A stretch of DNA of 53,766 bases, taken from positions 1 through 53,766 of the forward strand of contig JAMORG010000001.1 in the NCBI GenBank assembly GCA_027063745.1, read 5' to 3'. A program made the translations under genes and the position numbers. This document shows positions 1 through 9,689 of the stretch, in pieces. Each line of letters opens with the position of its first letter. Positions within the stretch are counted from its first letter, which is position 1. The stretch comes from Sulfurimonas sp. (GTDB lineage: Bacteria; Campylobacterota; Campylobacteria; Campylobacterales; Sulfurimonadaceae). The notes beneath the pieces are model-generated. The model saw only the letters and a list, made by a program, of their open reading frames with translations, had not been told where the DNA came from and did no database searches.

Positions 1-2
1 AT

Positions 3-89
3 AACTTCGAGAGTGATGAAGCTCGCAGTGAGTATGTTTTACAACATCTTACAAAGGACAAACAAGAATGGAACACAGCGAACTATTAG
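3..89 (+). CDS. 3' end of a small protein upstream of cydA, probably DUF4492 family (partial)
   Basis: Open frame from the window edge reads NFESDEARSEYVLQHLTKDKQEWNTANY* and overlaps the cydA start. Position and sequence resemble DUF4492 genes that precede cydAB (from recall). Confidence 0.55.
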   Translation, partial: NFESDEARSEYVLQHLTKDKQEWNTANY

Positions 90-1597
90 TTGATTGGTCA
101 CGTGCGCAGTTTGCTTTGACAGCTCTGTATCACTGGCTTTTTGTACCACTGACACTCGGTCTTACATTTATTGTTGCTATTATGGAGACTATCTATGTAA
201 AGACAGGTGATCCTAAGTGGAAGACAACAACAAAATACTGGATGGGTCTGCTTGCTATTAACTTTGCGATCGGTCTGGCTACCGGAATTATAATGGAGTT
301 TGAGTTTGGAACGAACTGGTCAAACTACTCATGGATTGTAGGAGATATCTTTGGAGCACCACTTGCTATTGAAGGGCTTATGGCTTTCTTTATGGAGTCA
401 ACCTTCTTTGCAGTGATGTTCTTTGGATGGAACAAGGTAAGCAAAAAGATGCACCTGCTCTCAACCTGGCTTGTAGCGATTGGTTCAAACCTCTCAGCAC
501 TTTGGATTCTTGTAGCAAACGGATGGATGCAACACCCAGTAGGTATGCACTTCAATCCAGATACAGCAAGAAATGAGATGGAGAATTTTTGGGAAGTCTT
601 TTTAAACCCAAATGCCGTAAGTAAGTTTTTACATACTATCAGCAGTGGTTATGTTCTTGCTTCACTTTTTGTTATCGGGATCAGTGCATGGTATCTTCTT
701 AAAAAACGTGATACACAGTTTGCAAGAAGAAGCATCATTGTAGCATCGAGTTTTGGACTTATTACATCTATTTTTCTTCTTACAACAGGTGATGAGTCAG
801 CACACCAGGTAGCGCTCAACCAGCCAATGAAGCTTGCTGCTATGGAAGGTCTTTATGAGGGAGAAAAGCGTGCAGGAATTGTAGCTTTTGGTGTACTCAA
901 TGAAGCAAAAGAGATAGGTGATGATGCAGAGGAGTTTTTATTTAGCTTTAAAATTCCCGGAGCCCTTTCATTCTTAGGCTATCATGATTTAAATGCCTTT
1001 GTACCAGGTATCAATGATATTGTCTATGGAAACAAAAAACATAACATCATCTCCGTAGAAGAGAAGATGAAGCAGGGAAAACTTGCAATTGCAGCTCTTA
1101 GTGAGTATAAAACTGCAAAGAAAAACCATGATATGCCAAGAGCGCAAAAAGCACTTGAGGTTTTTGAAGCAAATCAAAAATATATGGGATACGGATATCT
1201 AAACGACCCTAAAGATGCAGTACCTGATGTATCACTGTCATTTTACAGTTTCCATACTATGGTAGGTCTTGGAACTTGGTTCTTGGTTCTTTTTATCATC
1301 TCACTTTATTACTCTATGACAAATGAGATGCACAACAAAAAATGGCTACTCTATGTTGCACTCTTTACTATTCCTATGGGCTATGTAGCACAGGAAGCCG
1401 GTTGGATCGTAGCTGAAGTCGGTCGTCAACCGTGGGCTATTCAAGACCTGCTCCCAGTTGGTATGGCAGCATCAAATGTTGCAAGAACGAGTGTAATGAT
1501 TACATTCTGGCTCTTTGCGATCCTCTTTACAGGTCTGCTTATAGCTGAAGTTAAAATCATGCTCAAACAGATTAAAATCGGACCGGAGGGACACTAA
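68..1597 (+). CDS. cydA: Cytochrome bd ubiquinol oxidase subunit I
   Basis: SRAQFALTALYHWLFVPLTLG N-terminus, FEFGTNW, QPMKLAAMEG, GWIVAEVGRQPW; multiple TM helices. Confidence 0.97.
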   Translation: MEHSELLVDWSRAQFALTALYHWLFVPLTLGLTFIVAIMETIYVKTGDPKWKTTTKYWMGLLAINFAIGLATGIIMEFEFGTNWSNYSWIVGDIFGAPLAIEGLMAFFMESTFFAVMFFGWNKVSKKMHLLSTWLVAIGSNLSALWILVANGWMQHPVGMHFNPDTARNEMENFWEVFLNPNAVSKFLHTISSGYVLASLFVIGISAWYLLKKRDTQFARRSIIVASSFGLITSIFLLTTGDESAHQVALNQPMKLAAMEGLYEGEKRAGIVAFGVLNEAKEIGDDAEEFLFSFKIPGALSFLGYHDLNAFVPGINDIVYGNKKHNIISVEEKMKQGKLAIAALSEYKTAKKNHDMPRAQKALEVFEANQKYMGYGYLNDPKDAVPDVSLSFYSFHTMVGLGTWFLVLFIISLYYSMTNEMHNKKWLLYVALFTIPMGYVAQEAGWIVAEVGRQPWAIQDLLPVGMAASNVARTSVMITFWLFAILFTGLLIAEVKIMLKQIKIGPEGH

Positions 1598-1598
1598 G

Positions 1599-2723
1599 AT
1601 GGATATTACATTATATGATTTACAAGTTTACTGGTGGCTGCTGGTAAGTGTTATCGGTGCTCTTTTTGTCTTTATGACTTTTGTACAGGGCGGTCAGACA
1701 CTGCTTTATACTCTGGCAAAGACAGAAGATGAGCGTGACCTTTTGGTAAACACACTTGGTCGTAAGTGGGAGCTTACATTTACTGCACTCGTTATGTTTG
1801 GTGGGGCTCTTTTTGCGGCATTTCCACTCTTTTATGCGGTAAGTTTTGGTGGAGCATACTTTGTTTGGATGGCGATTCTATTTTGTTTTATCATCCAAGC
1901 TGTTGCATATGAGTACAGAAAAAAACCAGACAACCTTTATGGTGAGCGTTTTTATGAGATACTTCTCTACATCAACGGTAGTCTAGGAATTTTTCTTATC
2001 GGTGTGGCACTCGGCACGCTCTTTAGCGGTGGTAACTTTACAGTAAATGAGATGAACCTCTCTATGTGGACAAAACCTAGCTATGGTCTTGAAGCATTGC
2101 TAAATCCGTTTAACCTTGCTTTTGGTTTGATGCTTGTTTTTCTTGCACGTATGCAAGGAGCACTTTATTTTTTAAATGCACTTGATGCACCAGAGGTTAC
2201 TGCTCGTATCAAAGATGTTCTCAAGAAGAACTTTGTTATCTTCTTGGTTCTTTTCTTATATGTTGTAGCTACTATTTTACTGCAAGATGGCTATGTATAT
2301 GATCCAAAAACAAAAGAGATAAGCATCGAGTCTATGAAGTTTTTACATATCTTCTTAGATCTGCCTCTGCTTTTAGTTGTACTTTTAGCAGGTGTTGTAA
2401 CACTTCTTTATGGTGTATATATCGCCCTTTTTAAAGAGTCTCGCAAAGCAATCTTCTTTACAGCTCTTGGAACGGTTTTAACAGTTATTATTGTTATGCT
2501 TATCTTGGGTGTTGATAACTCAGTTTACTATCCATCTTTGGCAGATATGCAAAGTTCACTTACCATTGAGAACAGCTCAGGAAGCTACTATACACTCTCT
2601 GTTATGAGCGTAGTATCACTACTTGTTCCAGTTGTTCTTGGCTATATTGTTGCAGTATGGCGTTCTATGGATAAGACAAAAGTGACAATCGAAGAGATCA
2701 AATCTGATCCGCACCACTACTAA
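1599..2723 (+). CDS. cydB: Cytochrome bd ubiquinol oxidase subunit II
   Basis: Directly follows cydA; WELTFTALVMFGGALFAAFP motif, SLTIENSSGS, polytopic membrane protein. Confidence 0.95.
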   Translation: MDITLYDLQVYWWLLVSVIGALFVFMTFVQGGQTLLYTLAKTEDERDLLVNTLGRKWELTFTALVMFGGALFAAFPLFYAVSFGGAYFVWMAILFCFIIQAVAYEYRKKPDNLYGERFYEILLYINGSLGIFLIGVALGTLFSGGNFTVNEMNLSMWTKPSYGLEALLNPFNLAFGLMLVFLARMQGALYFLNALDAPEVTARIKDVLKKNFVIFLVLFLYVVATILLQDGYVYDPKTKEISIESMKFLHIFLDLPLLLVVLLAGVVTLLYGVYIALFKESRKAIFFTALGTVLTVIIVMLILGVDNSVYYPSLADMQSSLTIENSSGSYYTLSVMSVVSLLVPVVLGYIVAVWRSMDKTKVTIEEIKSDPHHY

Positions 2724-2732
2724 GGAGAAAAT

Positions 2733-2882
2733 ATGGAATATCTAACAGAAGCACTCTGGTATGCAAGCTGGCCTGTAGTGATTATTTTAAGTGTGAAGTT
2801 TGTACAGTTAAATCTCAAACATTATGCAAAGATGGAGCGGCTTGAAGAACTTGAAGCACTCCATTCTCAAAAAGAGGCTTAA
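2733..2882 (+). CDS. 49-aa single-TM protein, candidate small cytochrome bd subunit (CydX/CydY-like); not in ORF track
   Basis: AAGGAG RBS right after the cydB stop; MEYLTEALWYASWPVVIILSVKFVQLNLKHYAKMERLEELEALHSQKEA; ends just before a hairpin. Confidence 0.75.
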   Translation: MEYLTEALWYASWPVVIILSVKFVQLNLKHYAKMERLEELEALHSQKEA

Positions 2883-2896
2883 AATTCCTCCATTAA

Positions 2897-2920
2897 GAAG
2901 CAGCATTGGATCGCTGCTTC
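2897..2920. terminator. Hairpin between the cyd operon and the convergent DJ-1 gene
   Basis: GAAGCAGC-attggatc-GCTGCTTC inverted repeat. Confidence 0.65.
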
Positions 2921-2938
2921 CTTGGAACAAAAGACTTT

Positions 2939-3502
2939 TTAATAGCAGTATGTTGCTAAAAGTCCCTCACGCAACGCCTTATACTTCTCTTCACCCTCTA
3001 ACTTTTTAACAATCTCAAGCGCAAAACAAAGAGCTGTCGCAGGACCGCGAGAGGTCATTACATTGGCATCTGCTACAACCATAGAACTATCACCCTGATA
3101 CCCATCTTCTCTTATCTGCTCTTCTACTGATGGGTAGCATGTATAGTTCTCTTTAAGTACACCTGCTTTGTTGAGTGCAAACGGAGCAGCACAGATAGCA
3201 CCGATGTTTTTGCCTTTTGCATCCATCTCACGCAGAAGATTTTGAACATTTGCATCATCTGCAAGAGCATGCGTCCCATCCCATCCACCGGGAAGCACGA
3301 CCATATCAAGCTCATCAGCACTAAAGTCAGCTACTTTTGCATCTGCCTTGATAGTAATACCGTTTGCCCCTTGAACCAACATCTCATCATTCAAAGCCGC
3401 CACAACAACTTCAACTTCAGCTCTGCGCAATACATCAATGATACTAACCGCTTCTATCTCCTCAAAACCTTTTGCCAATGGTACTAAAACTTTTTTACTC
3501 AT
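2939..3502 (-). CDS. DJ-1/PfpI (ThiJ/YajL) family protein
   Basis: GFEEIEA, VLPGG, AICAAP catalytic Cys, TSRGPATA. Confidence 0.93.
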   Translation of the reverse strand: MSKKVLVPLAKGFEEIEAVSIIDVLRRAEVEVVVAALNDEMLVQGANGITIKADAKVADFSADELDMVVLPGGWDGTHALADDANVQNLLREMDAKGKNIGAICAAPFALNKAGVLKENYTCYPSVEEQIREDGYQGDSSMVVADANVMTSRGPATALCFALEIVKKLEGEEKYKALREGLLATYCY

Positions 3503-3560
3503 TTGCGACTCCTTATTTTTTCGTTTTGAATTATTCTAGCATGCTTTAACTAACATTACT

Positions 3561-4934
3561 CTAAGGAGCGATTCCCTCACGCACGACTTTTTTACCATTT
3601 CGCATCACTTCAACATGAACCAGTGAGCCTGAAGGTGCATCTTTCATATACTGCATAAACTCTACATAGCTTACATTCTCTTTACGTTCACTACCCTCAC
3701 CGACTGCTATAACATAGTCTTGCACATCGAGTCCAAGTCGTACATTTGCAGGCATACCATATGCGTAGTTGGATATCCAACAACGGATGTACTTTTTAGG
3801 CTCACTCGCTATCTTATCAGCATCTCTTGGATCATACCACTCTGCGCAGGTATATCCCCAGCGATACCCACTCCACTTACTCTTATGCAAATCTTTGAAA
3901 AACGGGTAGCCATGCTTATCAAAACCATAACCATCAAAAGCATATGCATAATATTTTCCCTCTTTGTCCAAACGCTTTTGTATATCAAAGTGCCACTGCA
4001 TATCTTTGCTAAACCGTAAGCTCTGTGCCATCGTTGCGATGTCCAGCTTCCATGCACCATCCTCTTTTTTAAAAAAATAAGGCGAACACTTACGATTTTC
4101 ATCATAAGGTAAAACCGCCAAGACTGCATGTGTATCACTGCTGTCAAGGAGTGTTTTTTGTTTTGCAAGGCATGGACGCAGATTATGGATCTCATGTTTT
4201 TGGTTAATATCTGTCACAACCCACTTACGAAAAAACTCTTGCGTCTCTTTAGTGTAAATATCTAAGTTTGGATTTTTATTGTGCTCACGCAAGCTTTTTA
4301 TGTATTTTTGTAAAACATCTTTTGGCATATCTGACGCTATAGATATGACGTTTTTACCCTCTTTTGCGTGAGTATCTTTTTTTGCTATGTTTGCTTTGCT
4401 CTTTGCACCAGCACCTATAGAGTCACTCTTCATTGCAGGCATAAACTCTTTGCCCGTACGTGCTTCAAGAGCTCTGTCTCGCACAAGTTCGGTTATCATA
4501 TAAAGTGCATCTGCAAACTTTTGCTCACGCAAATAGGGAACCATCCCTTTTCGCTCTATATAAGAGACAAAAGCATCGGTATAGACACTTTCAAGCGCTT
4601 TTGAGACCTCAAGTCGTACTGCATCTGTTTTTGGATTGATAACAATCAGAAGATCTTTTCCACTTTGAGAACGGCTTGTATCTTTTAGCTTTTGAAACTT
4701 TTTGTTTGCAAAAAGGTTAATATCTTCCTCTTTTGTTGTTGTAGCAACACGAAAGTCAATATCAAAATCTTTTAGAAGTTCCTCGTTATACTCTTTATAC
4801 ATTTTCATTACAACAGGAGTATTATCAAAAAGATGTGCATTATCTTCTATAAAAGAGCTTTTAGCTTTCTCTTCACAAGCAACAACAAAAAGAGTAACAA
4901 GGCTAAGAAACAGCGCAAAAAAGAGCTTTGGCAT
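3561..4934 (-). CDS. Lipoprotein with N-terminal TPM domain and a possible C-terminal PDZ-like region
   Basis: Lipobox-like LFVVAC; IEDNAHLF...DLLIVINPKTDAVRLEVSKALESVYTD resembles TPM; C-terminal GMPANVRLGLDVQDYVIAV...VHVEVMRNG is PDZ-like; coupled to lemA. Confidence 0.7.
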   Translation of the reverse strand: MPKLFFALFLSLVTLFVVACEEKAKSSFIEDNAHLFDNTPVVMKMYKEYNEELLKDFDIDFRVATTTKEEDINLFANKKFQKLKDTSRSQSGKDLLIVINPKTDAVRLEVSKALESVYTDAFVSYIERKGMVPYLREQKFADALYMITELVRDRALEARTGKEFMPAMKSDSIGAGAKSKANIAKKDTHAKEGKNVISIASDMPKDVLQKYIKSLREHNKNPNLDIYTKETQEFFRKWVVTDINQKHEIHNLRPCLAKQKTLLDSSDTHAVLAVLPYDENRKCSPYFFKKEDGAWKLDIATMAQSLRFSKDMQWHFDIQKRLDKEGKYYAYAFDGYGFDKHGYPFFKDLHKSKWSGYRWGYTCAEWYDPRDADKIASEPKKYIRCWISNYAYGMPANVRLGLDVQDYVIAVGEGSERKENVSYVEFMQYMKDAPSGSLVHVEVMRNGKKVVREGIAP

Positions 4935-5527
4935 TACAACTCTACTTTAAAAGATTGATGTGCTTTCTCTTGAGCATGAAAATACTCTCTTTGAGTATAT
5001 CCTGCCATCTTTGCCATCATATTCGCAGGAAAAGTACGAATGTAGGCATTAAAATCACGCACAGCATCATTGTATCGCATACGTGCAACATTTATGCGAT
5101 TTTGCGCCCCCTCAATCTGAGACTGCAACTCTAAAAAGTTCTCTGAAGCCTGTAGTTGCGGATAGTTCTCAGCAACCATAAACAGCTGCATTGTTGAGTC
5201 TTTTAATGCTTTGTTTATTTTTGAGAGCTCTTTTATCTCTTTTTGTCCTTTAGGTGTTTGCGCTGTGAGATGTTTGCTTGCATCTGTTCGCAGTGCCGTC
5301 ACCTCTTTTAAAACACGCTCTTCATACTGTGCGTAATGCTGCACAATCTTTATAAGGTTGGGAAGAAGATCCAGCTCTCTTTGCATATTTGTCTCTATCT
5401 GTGCATAGGCATTATTTATCATCTCATCTTTTGTCACGATTCCGTTATAGGTAGTTACCAATATACCTGATATCATAAAAAAGAAAACTATTCCAAAGAA
5501 CCTTCGCTTTCTCTCTCCTTTTGTCAT
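4934..5527 (-). CDS. lemA: LemA family protein
   Basis: N-terminal TM helix, QRELDLLPNL, AENYPQLQASENFLELQ, NRINVARMRYNDAV, FPANMMA. Confidence 0.93.
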   Translation of the reverse strand: MTKGERKRRFFGIVFFFMISGILVTTYNGIVTKDEMINNAYAQIETNMQRELDLLPNLIKIVQHYAQYEERVLKEVTALRTDASKHLTAQTPKGQKEIKELSKINKALKDSTMQLFMVAENYPQLQASENFLELQSQIEGAQNRINVARMRYNDAVRDFNAYIRTFPANMMAKMAGYTQREYFHAQEKAHQSFKVEL

Positions 5528-5702
5528 GCCATATCCTTTTTGTTTTCAATTATATTTTGTTATTTACTACTTGTCAATAGCTTTTTTTCTTCTATATTCC
5601 ATAACTCACCATTCCTTCACTAGTTGGACTTCTGCGTTTAATTGAATTTAAAGATATCTCTGATAAAATGATTCAAATCTATAGGATAGGAGAATTTTTA
5701 TT

Positions 5703-6581
5703 ATGCGATTTTTAATTATTTTTCTATCCCTTTTCTTATCTTTTTTTACATCATGTAGCAGTGACCTCAAGAAGAACAAACCTCTTACAATAGCTACAAA
5801 TTCTTGGATAGGATATTCACCTCTTTTTTATGCCAAAGAAAAAGGTTATTTGAAAAAAAATGGCATTAAGCTCTTAGTAAATGTATCTCTTGCCGAAGCA
5901 GCAGAGCTTTACAGTGTTGGAAAAGCAGACATGCTGACAACAACGCAGCATGAATACTATGCTCTTAAAAAAGATTTTGATCTTGTACCTTTTATTTTAC
6001 TTGATCGCTCCAATGGTGGAGATATGGTCCTCTCAAACAAAACTATTGATGAGCTGCAAAATGCAAAAAGTATTACGGCTTATCTTGAAATTGATTCTAT
6101 CAATGCAGAAATACTCAAAGACTTCCTAAAACTCTACAATATTCCACTGAACAAACTACATATGATAAATAGAGATCAGGCACAGATAGAGGATATTGAA
6201 CCAAATGACAAGCAGGCCATAGTCATTGTTACTTACGTACCTTACAATATCTCTCTTGAAAAAAAAGGGTTTCATGTCATTGCTTCAACAAAAGATATAA
6301 ACTCTATCATTGTAATTGATTCTCTTTGTACATCAAAGAGTATCTTCAAGAAGCAATTTGAAAATCTCAAAACACTAAAAAGCATCATTGACCGTTCGGT
6401 AGAGGAGCTTATGCAAGACAAAGAAAACTCCTACTTACTCGTTAAGAAGTATCTTGGAAACTTAAGTTATAAAGAGTATCTTGAGTCGCTCCAGACCATT
6501 ACATGGATAAACAAACCATCACCAGAGTTACTTGATCGTATCGAACCTCTTGGTTATGAAAGAAGATATATATTACCATGA
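5703..6581 (+). CDS. Periplasmic substrate-binding lipoprotein (NMT1/SsuA-like)
   Basis: Lipobox-like FTSC, WIGYSPLFYAKEKGY, DRSNGGD; no permease or ATPase next to it. Confidence 0.8.
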   Translation: MRFLIIFLSLFLSFFTSCSSDLKKNKPLTIATNSWIGYSPLFYAKEKGYLKKNGIKLLVNVSLAEAAELYSVGKADMLTTTQHEYYALKKDFDLVPFILLDRSNGGDMVLSNKTIDELQNAKSITAYLEIDSINAEILKDFLKLYNIPLNKLHMINRDQAQIEDIEPNDKQAIVIVTYVPYNISLEKKGFHVIASTKDINSIIVIDSLCTSKSIFKKQFENLKTLKSIIDRSVEELMQDKENSYLLVKKYLGNLSYKEYLESLQTITWINKPSPELLDRIEPLGYERRYILP

Positions 6582-8572
6582 AAAACATATCTATTAAATT
6601 TTTTATAATCTTTATTCTTCTTGCTTTCATGGGCAGTCTTGGCATGATATTTGGTGAGTTTTTCAAAGAAGCAAAAAACTCTACAGAACAGCTCTTAGAA
6701 GAGAATATTCAGTCCACTGTTTTAAACCTTAAACACTTTTTAAATAAAAATCTCAAAAAACACAATATCAATCAAATAACAGCCTCTTTAGACAACACTA
6801 TCAACGGAAATGCTCTTATTAAAGATTTGCATATTGTAGATGAAAAAAATAAAAAAGTCATTTATGCAACAGATAGAGACACCGTTATGCAACATCCAGA
6901 TACAAAATGTATTGCAATCTCTCAAATTATTAATGCTGATATATTTAATGAACAATGCTACTCTTTTTCTATTAAACTCTTTGATAAGTTTGAGCCTTAC
7001 TACTACAAAAGTTATGTCTATTTAGATAAAAAGTATATTGACTCTCTTTTGCAAAATCAGATAAATAAATATACTATTATGTTTATAGGATATGGACTTT
7101 TTTTCATCATAGTTATTTGGTTGCTTTTAAAAAAATTTCTTGTCAATCCACTTGAAAAGCTCCGTCAATTTGCCTACTATCAGACAAATACCCCTAAAGA
7201 GTTCTTTATTCAAGAGCTTGAAAGTATTCGCTACTCTCTAAACCTTACATTTAAAAGGCTACAAAAAGAGCAGGAAGAACTTTTCAACCTCTCTACAAAA
7301 GATTCTCTCAGCGGTCTCTACAACAGACTCAGCCTGATGGAAAAGATAGAGTGGCTTATAGCAAAAGGAGAACGCAGTAATGAACAGTTCGCACTTCTGT
7401 TTTTAGATCTTGACAATTTTAAAAATATCAACGATACACAAGGACATGAATTTGGAGATAAAATACTGCAACATGTCTCCAAAATACTGCTTGATTCTGT
7501 ACGAGAAAATGACATCGTCTCCCGACTTGGAGGAGATGAGTTTGTCATAATTCTTCCAGAATTAAAAAGTAACGAAACTGTTTTGGAGGTTATCAAACGT
7601 ATTCAGACACGACTCATTGAACCTGTCGTTTTTAACACTTTAAGCTACTCTGTAACTGTCAGTATCGGTATTACGATCTATCCTAAAGACGGAAGAGATG
7701 CCACAACACTTCTCAAGCATGCCGATATTGCCATGTATAAAGCAAAAGCTCTAGGAAAGAACAACTTCCATTTCTTCACAGATAATCTTAACGAAGAGAT
7801 TCAAAATAAAATTCATATGCAATATCTTATTAAAGAAGGTATTGAAAAAAACTATTTTCAACTCTATTACCAACCAAAAGTCGATATAAAAAGCAACACA
7901 ATCGTCGGATGTGAAGCACTCATCCGTCTTTTTGATCCTCTAAAAGGAATGATACCACCAAATCAGTTTATCTCCATAGCCGAAGAGAGTGGGCTTATTG
8001 TTCCTCTAGGTGAGTGGATTATCAAAGAAGCTGTTCAGCAAATAAAATCATGGAAGAACACTCACTTTGAACATATCAAACTCTCAATAAATGTCTCAGG
8101 AATTCAATTTCAAAGTCCTGAATTTATTACCTTTTTAAAAAATAACGTCTCTACAATAGATACCAGTAAACTTGACATAGAGCTGACAGAATCTGTACTT
8201 ATGAATGACTTTGATGAAAAATTTGCAAAGATAAATGCCATTAAAAAGCTAGGAATCAGTCTCTCTTTAGATGATTTTGGTACAGGTTATTCATCACTTT
8301 CATATCTGAAGCAAATTCCCTTTGATACAATTAAAATCGATAAAACATTTATTGATGATTTAGAAGAGGAGAGTGGCAAATCTTTTGTAAATATGATTGT
8401 GGGTATTGCAGATGATTTGAATATGCAAGTTGTCGCAGAAGGAGTTGAAACTAAACAACAGCTCGACTATCTGGCTTCTATCAAGTGTGAGCAATACCAA
8501 GGCTATTACTGTTCAAAACCACTTCCTGCAGATGAGTTCGAAAAACTTTTTCTCTCTCAAGAGTGCCACTAA
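6578..8572 (+). CDS. Membrane-anchored GGDEF-EAL diguanylate cyclase/phosphodiesterase
   Basis: Two TM helices around a periplasmic domain; RENDIVSRLGGDEF; CEALIR; DDFGTGYSS; VAEGVET. Confidence 0.93.
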   Translation: MKNISIKFFIIFILLAFMGSLGMIFGEFFKEAKNSTEQLLEENIQSTVLNLKHFLNKNLKKHNINQITASLDNTINGNALIKDLHIVDEKNKKVIYATDRDTVMQHPDTKCIAISQIINADIFNEQCYSFSIKLFDKFEPYYYKSYVYLDKKYIDSLLQNQINKYTIMFIGYGLFFIIVIWLLLKKFLVNPLEKLRQFAYYQTNTPKEFFIQELESIRYSLNLTFKRLQKEQEELFNLSTKDSLSGLYNRLSLMEKIEWLIAKGERSNEQFALLFLDLDNFKNINDTQGHEFGDKILQHVSKILLDSVRENDIVSRLGGDEFVIILPELKSNETVLEVIKRIQTRLIEPVVFNTLSYSVTVSIGITIYPKDGRDATTLLKHADIAMYKAKALGKNNFHFFTDNLNEEIQNKIHMQYLIKEGIEKNYFQLYYQPKVDIKSNTIVGCEALIRLFDPLKGMIPPNQFISIAEESGLIVPLGEWIIKEAVQQIKSWKNTHFEHIKLSINVSGIQFQSPEFITFLKNNVSTIDTSKLDIELTESVLMNDFDEKFAKINAIKKLGISLSLDDFGTGYSSLSYLKQIPFDTIKIDKTFIDDLEEESGKSFVNMIVGIADDLNMQVVAEGVETKQQLDYLASIKCEQYQGYYCSKPLPADEFEKLFLSQECH

Positions 8573-8630
8573 TAAAACTATTACCAATTTTTGAGTATAA
8601 TCACTTTAATTTTTTATAAGTGATGCAAAT

Positions 8631-9689
8631 ATGATAAAGTATGAATCTATCAAACCCCTTTTGTTTAAATTTCAACCAGAAACTGCACACCACATTGCAG
8701 AGACTGTGCTGCGTATGCCAAATATCTGCCAGATCCCTTTTAACTCTTTTTTGGAGTCTCACTTCATCGCTGATGATATGCTCACGCAAGAGATCTTTGG
8801 TAAAAAGTTCTACAACCCTGTAGGTCTAGGTGCCGGATTTGACAAAAATGCGACGATGATTCGTGGTATGCAAATCTTGGGCTTTGGCTTTACCGAGATA
8901 GGTACAGTCACACCAAAACCACAACCAGGTAACCCAAAACCAAGAATGTTTCGCCATATTCAAGAGGAGTCTATCCAAAATGCAATGGGCTTTAACAATG
9001 ACGGAGCTTATAAGGTCGTTAAGCGTCTTAAAGAGCGCTACCCATTTAGCACACCAATCGGTATCAACATCGGTAAAAACAAAATAACTCCAGAGCGTGA
9101 GGCTATCAACGACTACACACACCTCATAAAAGCCTTTGACGGTTTGGGTGATTATTTTGTCATCAATATCTCTTCACCAAACACACCGGGACTGCGTGAT
9201 TTGCAAAATGAAGAGTTTATTACAAAACTTTTTGCTGAGGCAAAAGCACTGACAAATATGCCAATACTGCTTAAAATCGCTCCGGACATGAGCCCAGAAG
9301 ATGCAGTAGCACTTACAACTTTAGCAGTCAAAAAAGGTGCTGACGGTATCATCGCTACAAATACAACCATTGACTACTCACTGGTAAAAAATCCTAAAGA
9401 TATCGGTGGTATCAGTGGAGCAGTACTCAAAGAGAAGAGTTTTAAAATATTTGAAGCGATAGCAAAAGAGCTCTATGGAAAAACAACACTTATCTCAGTT
9501 GGCGGTATCGACTCTGCAGAGGAAGCTTACAAACGCATCAAAGCAGGTGCTTCTCTTGTGCAGATCTTAAGCGGTATCGTTTTTCATGGTCCAGATATGA
9601 TTATGAATGTAAACAAAGGGCTTGTTGAGCTGTTAAAGGCCGATGGCTATACAAACATCACAGAAGCTATCGGGGCGGACAGAAAGTAG
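8631..9689 (+). CDS. pyrD: Quinone-dependent dihydroorotate dehydrogenase
   Basis: NPVGLGAGFDKN, PQPGNPKPRMFR, NISSPNTPGLR, SVGGI. Confidence 0.96.
   Translation: MIKYESIKPLLFKFQPETAHHIAETVLRMPNICQIPFNSFLESHFIADDMLTQEIFGKKFYNPVGLGAGFDKNATMIRGMQILGFGFTEIGTVTPKPQPGNPKPRMFRHIQEESIQNAMGFNNDGAYKVVKRLKERYPFSTPIGINIGKNKITPEREAINDYTHLIKAFDGLGDYFVINISSPNTPGLRDLQNEEFITKLFAEAKALTNMPILLKIAPDMSPEDAVALTTLAVKKGADGIIATNTTIDYSLVKNPKDIGGISGAVLKEKSFKIFEAIAKELYGKTTLISVGGIDSAEEAYKRIKAGASLVQILSGIVFHGPDMIMNVNKGLVELLKADGYTNITEAIGADRK

Noticed and set aside
2824-3009. 61-aa track ORF after cydB
   Set aside because: No RBS; it crosses the hairpin and overlaps the DJ-1 gene. The 2733-2882 frame has a strong RBS and a TM helix.
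5528-5702. Possible sRNA or riboswitch between lemA and the binding-protein gene, and in 44437-44537
   Set aside because: No convincing stem-loops or known motif seen; the content fits divergent promoters or spacer between terminators. An Rfam/Infernal scan would settle it.
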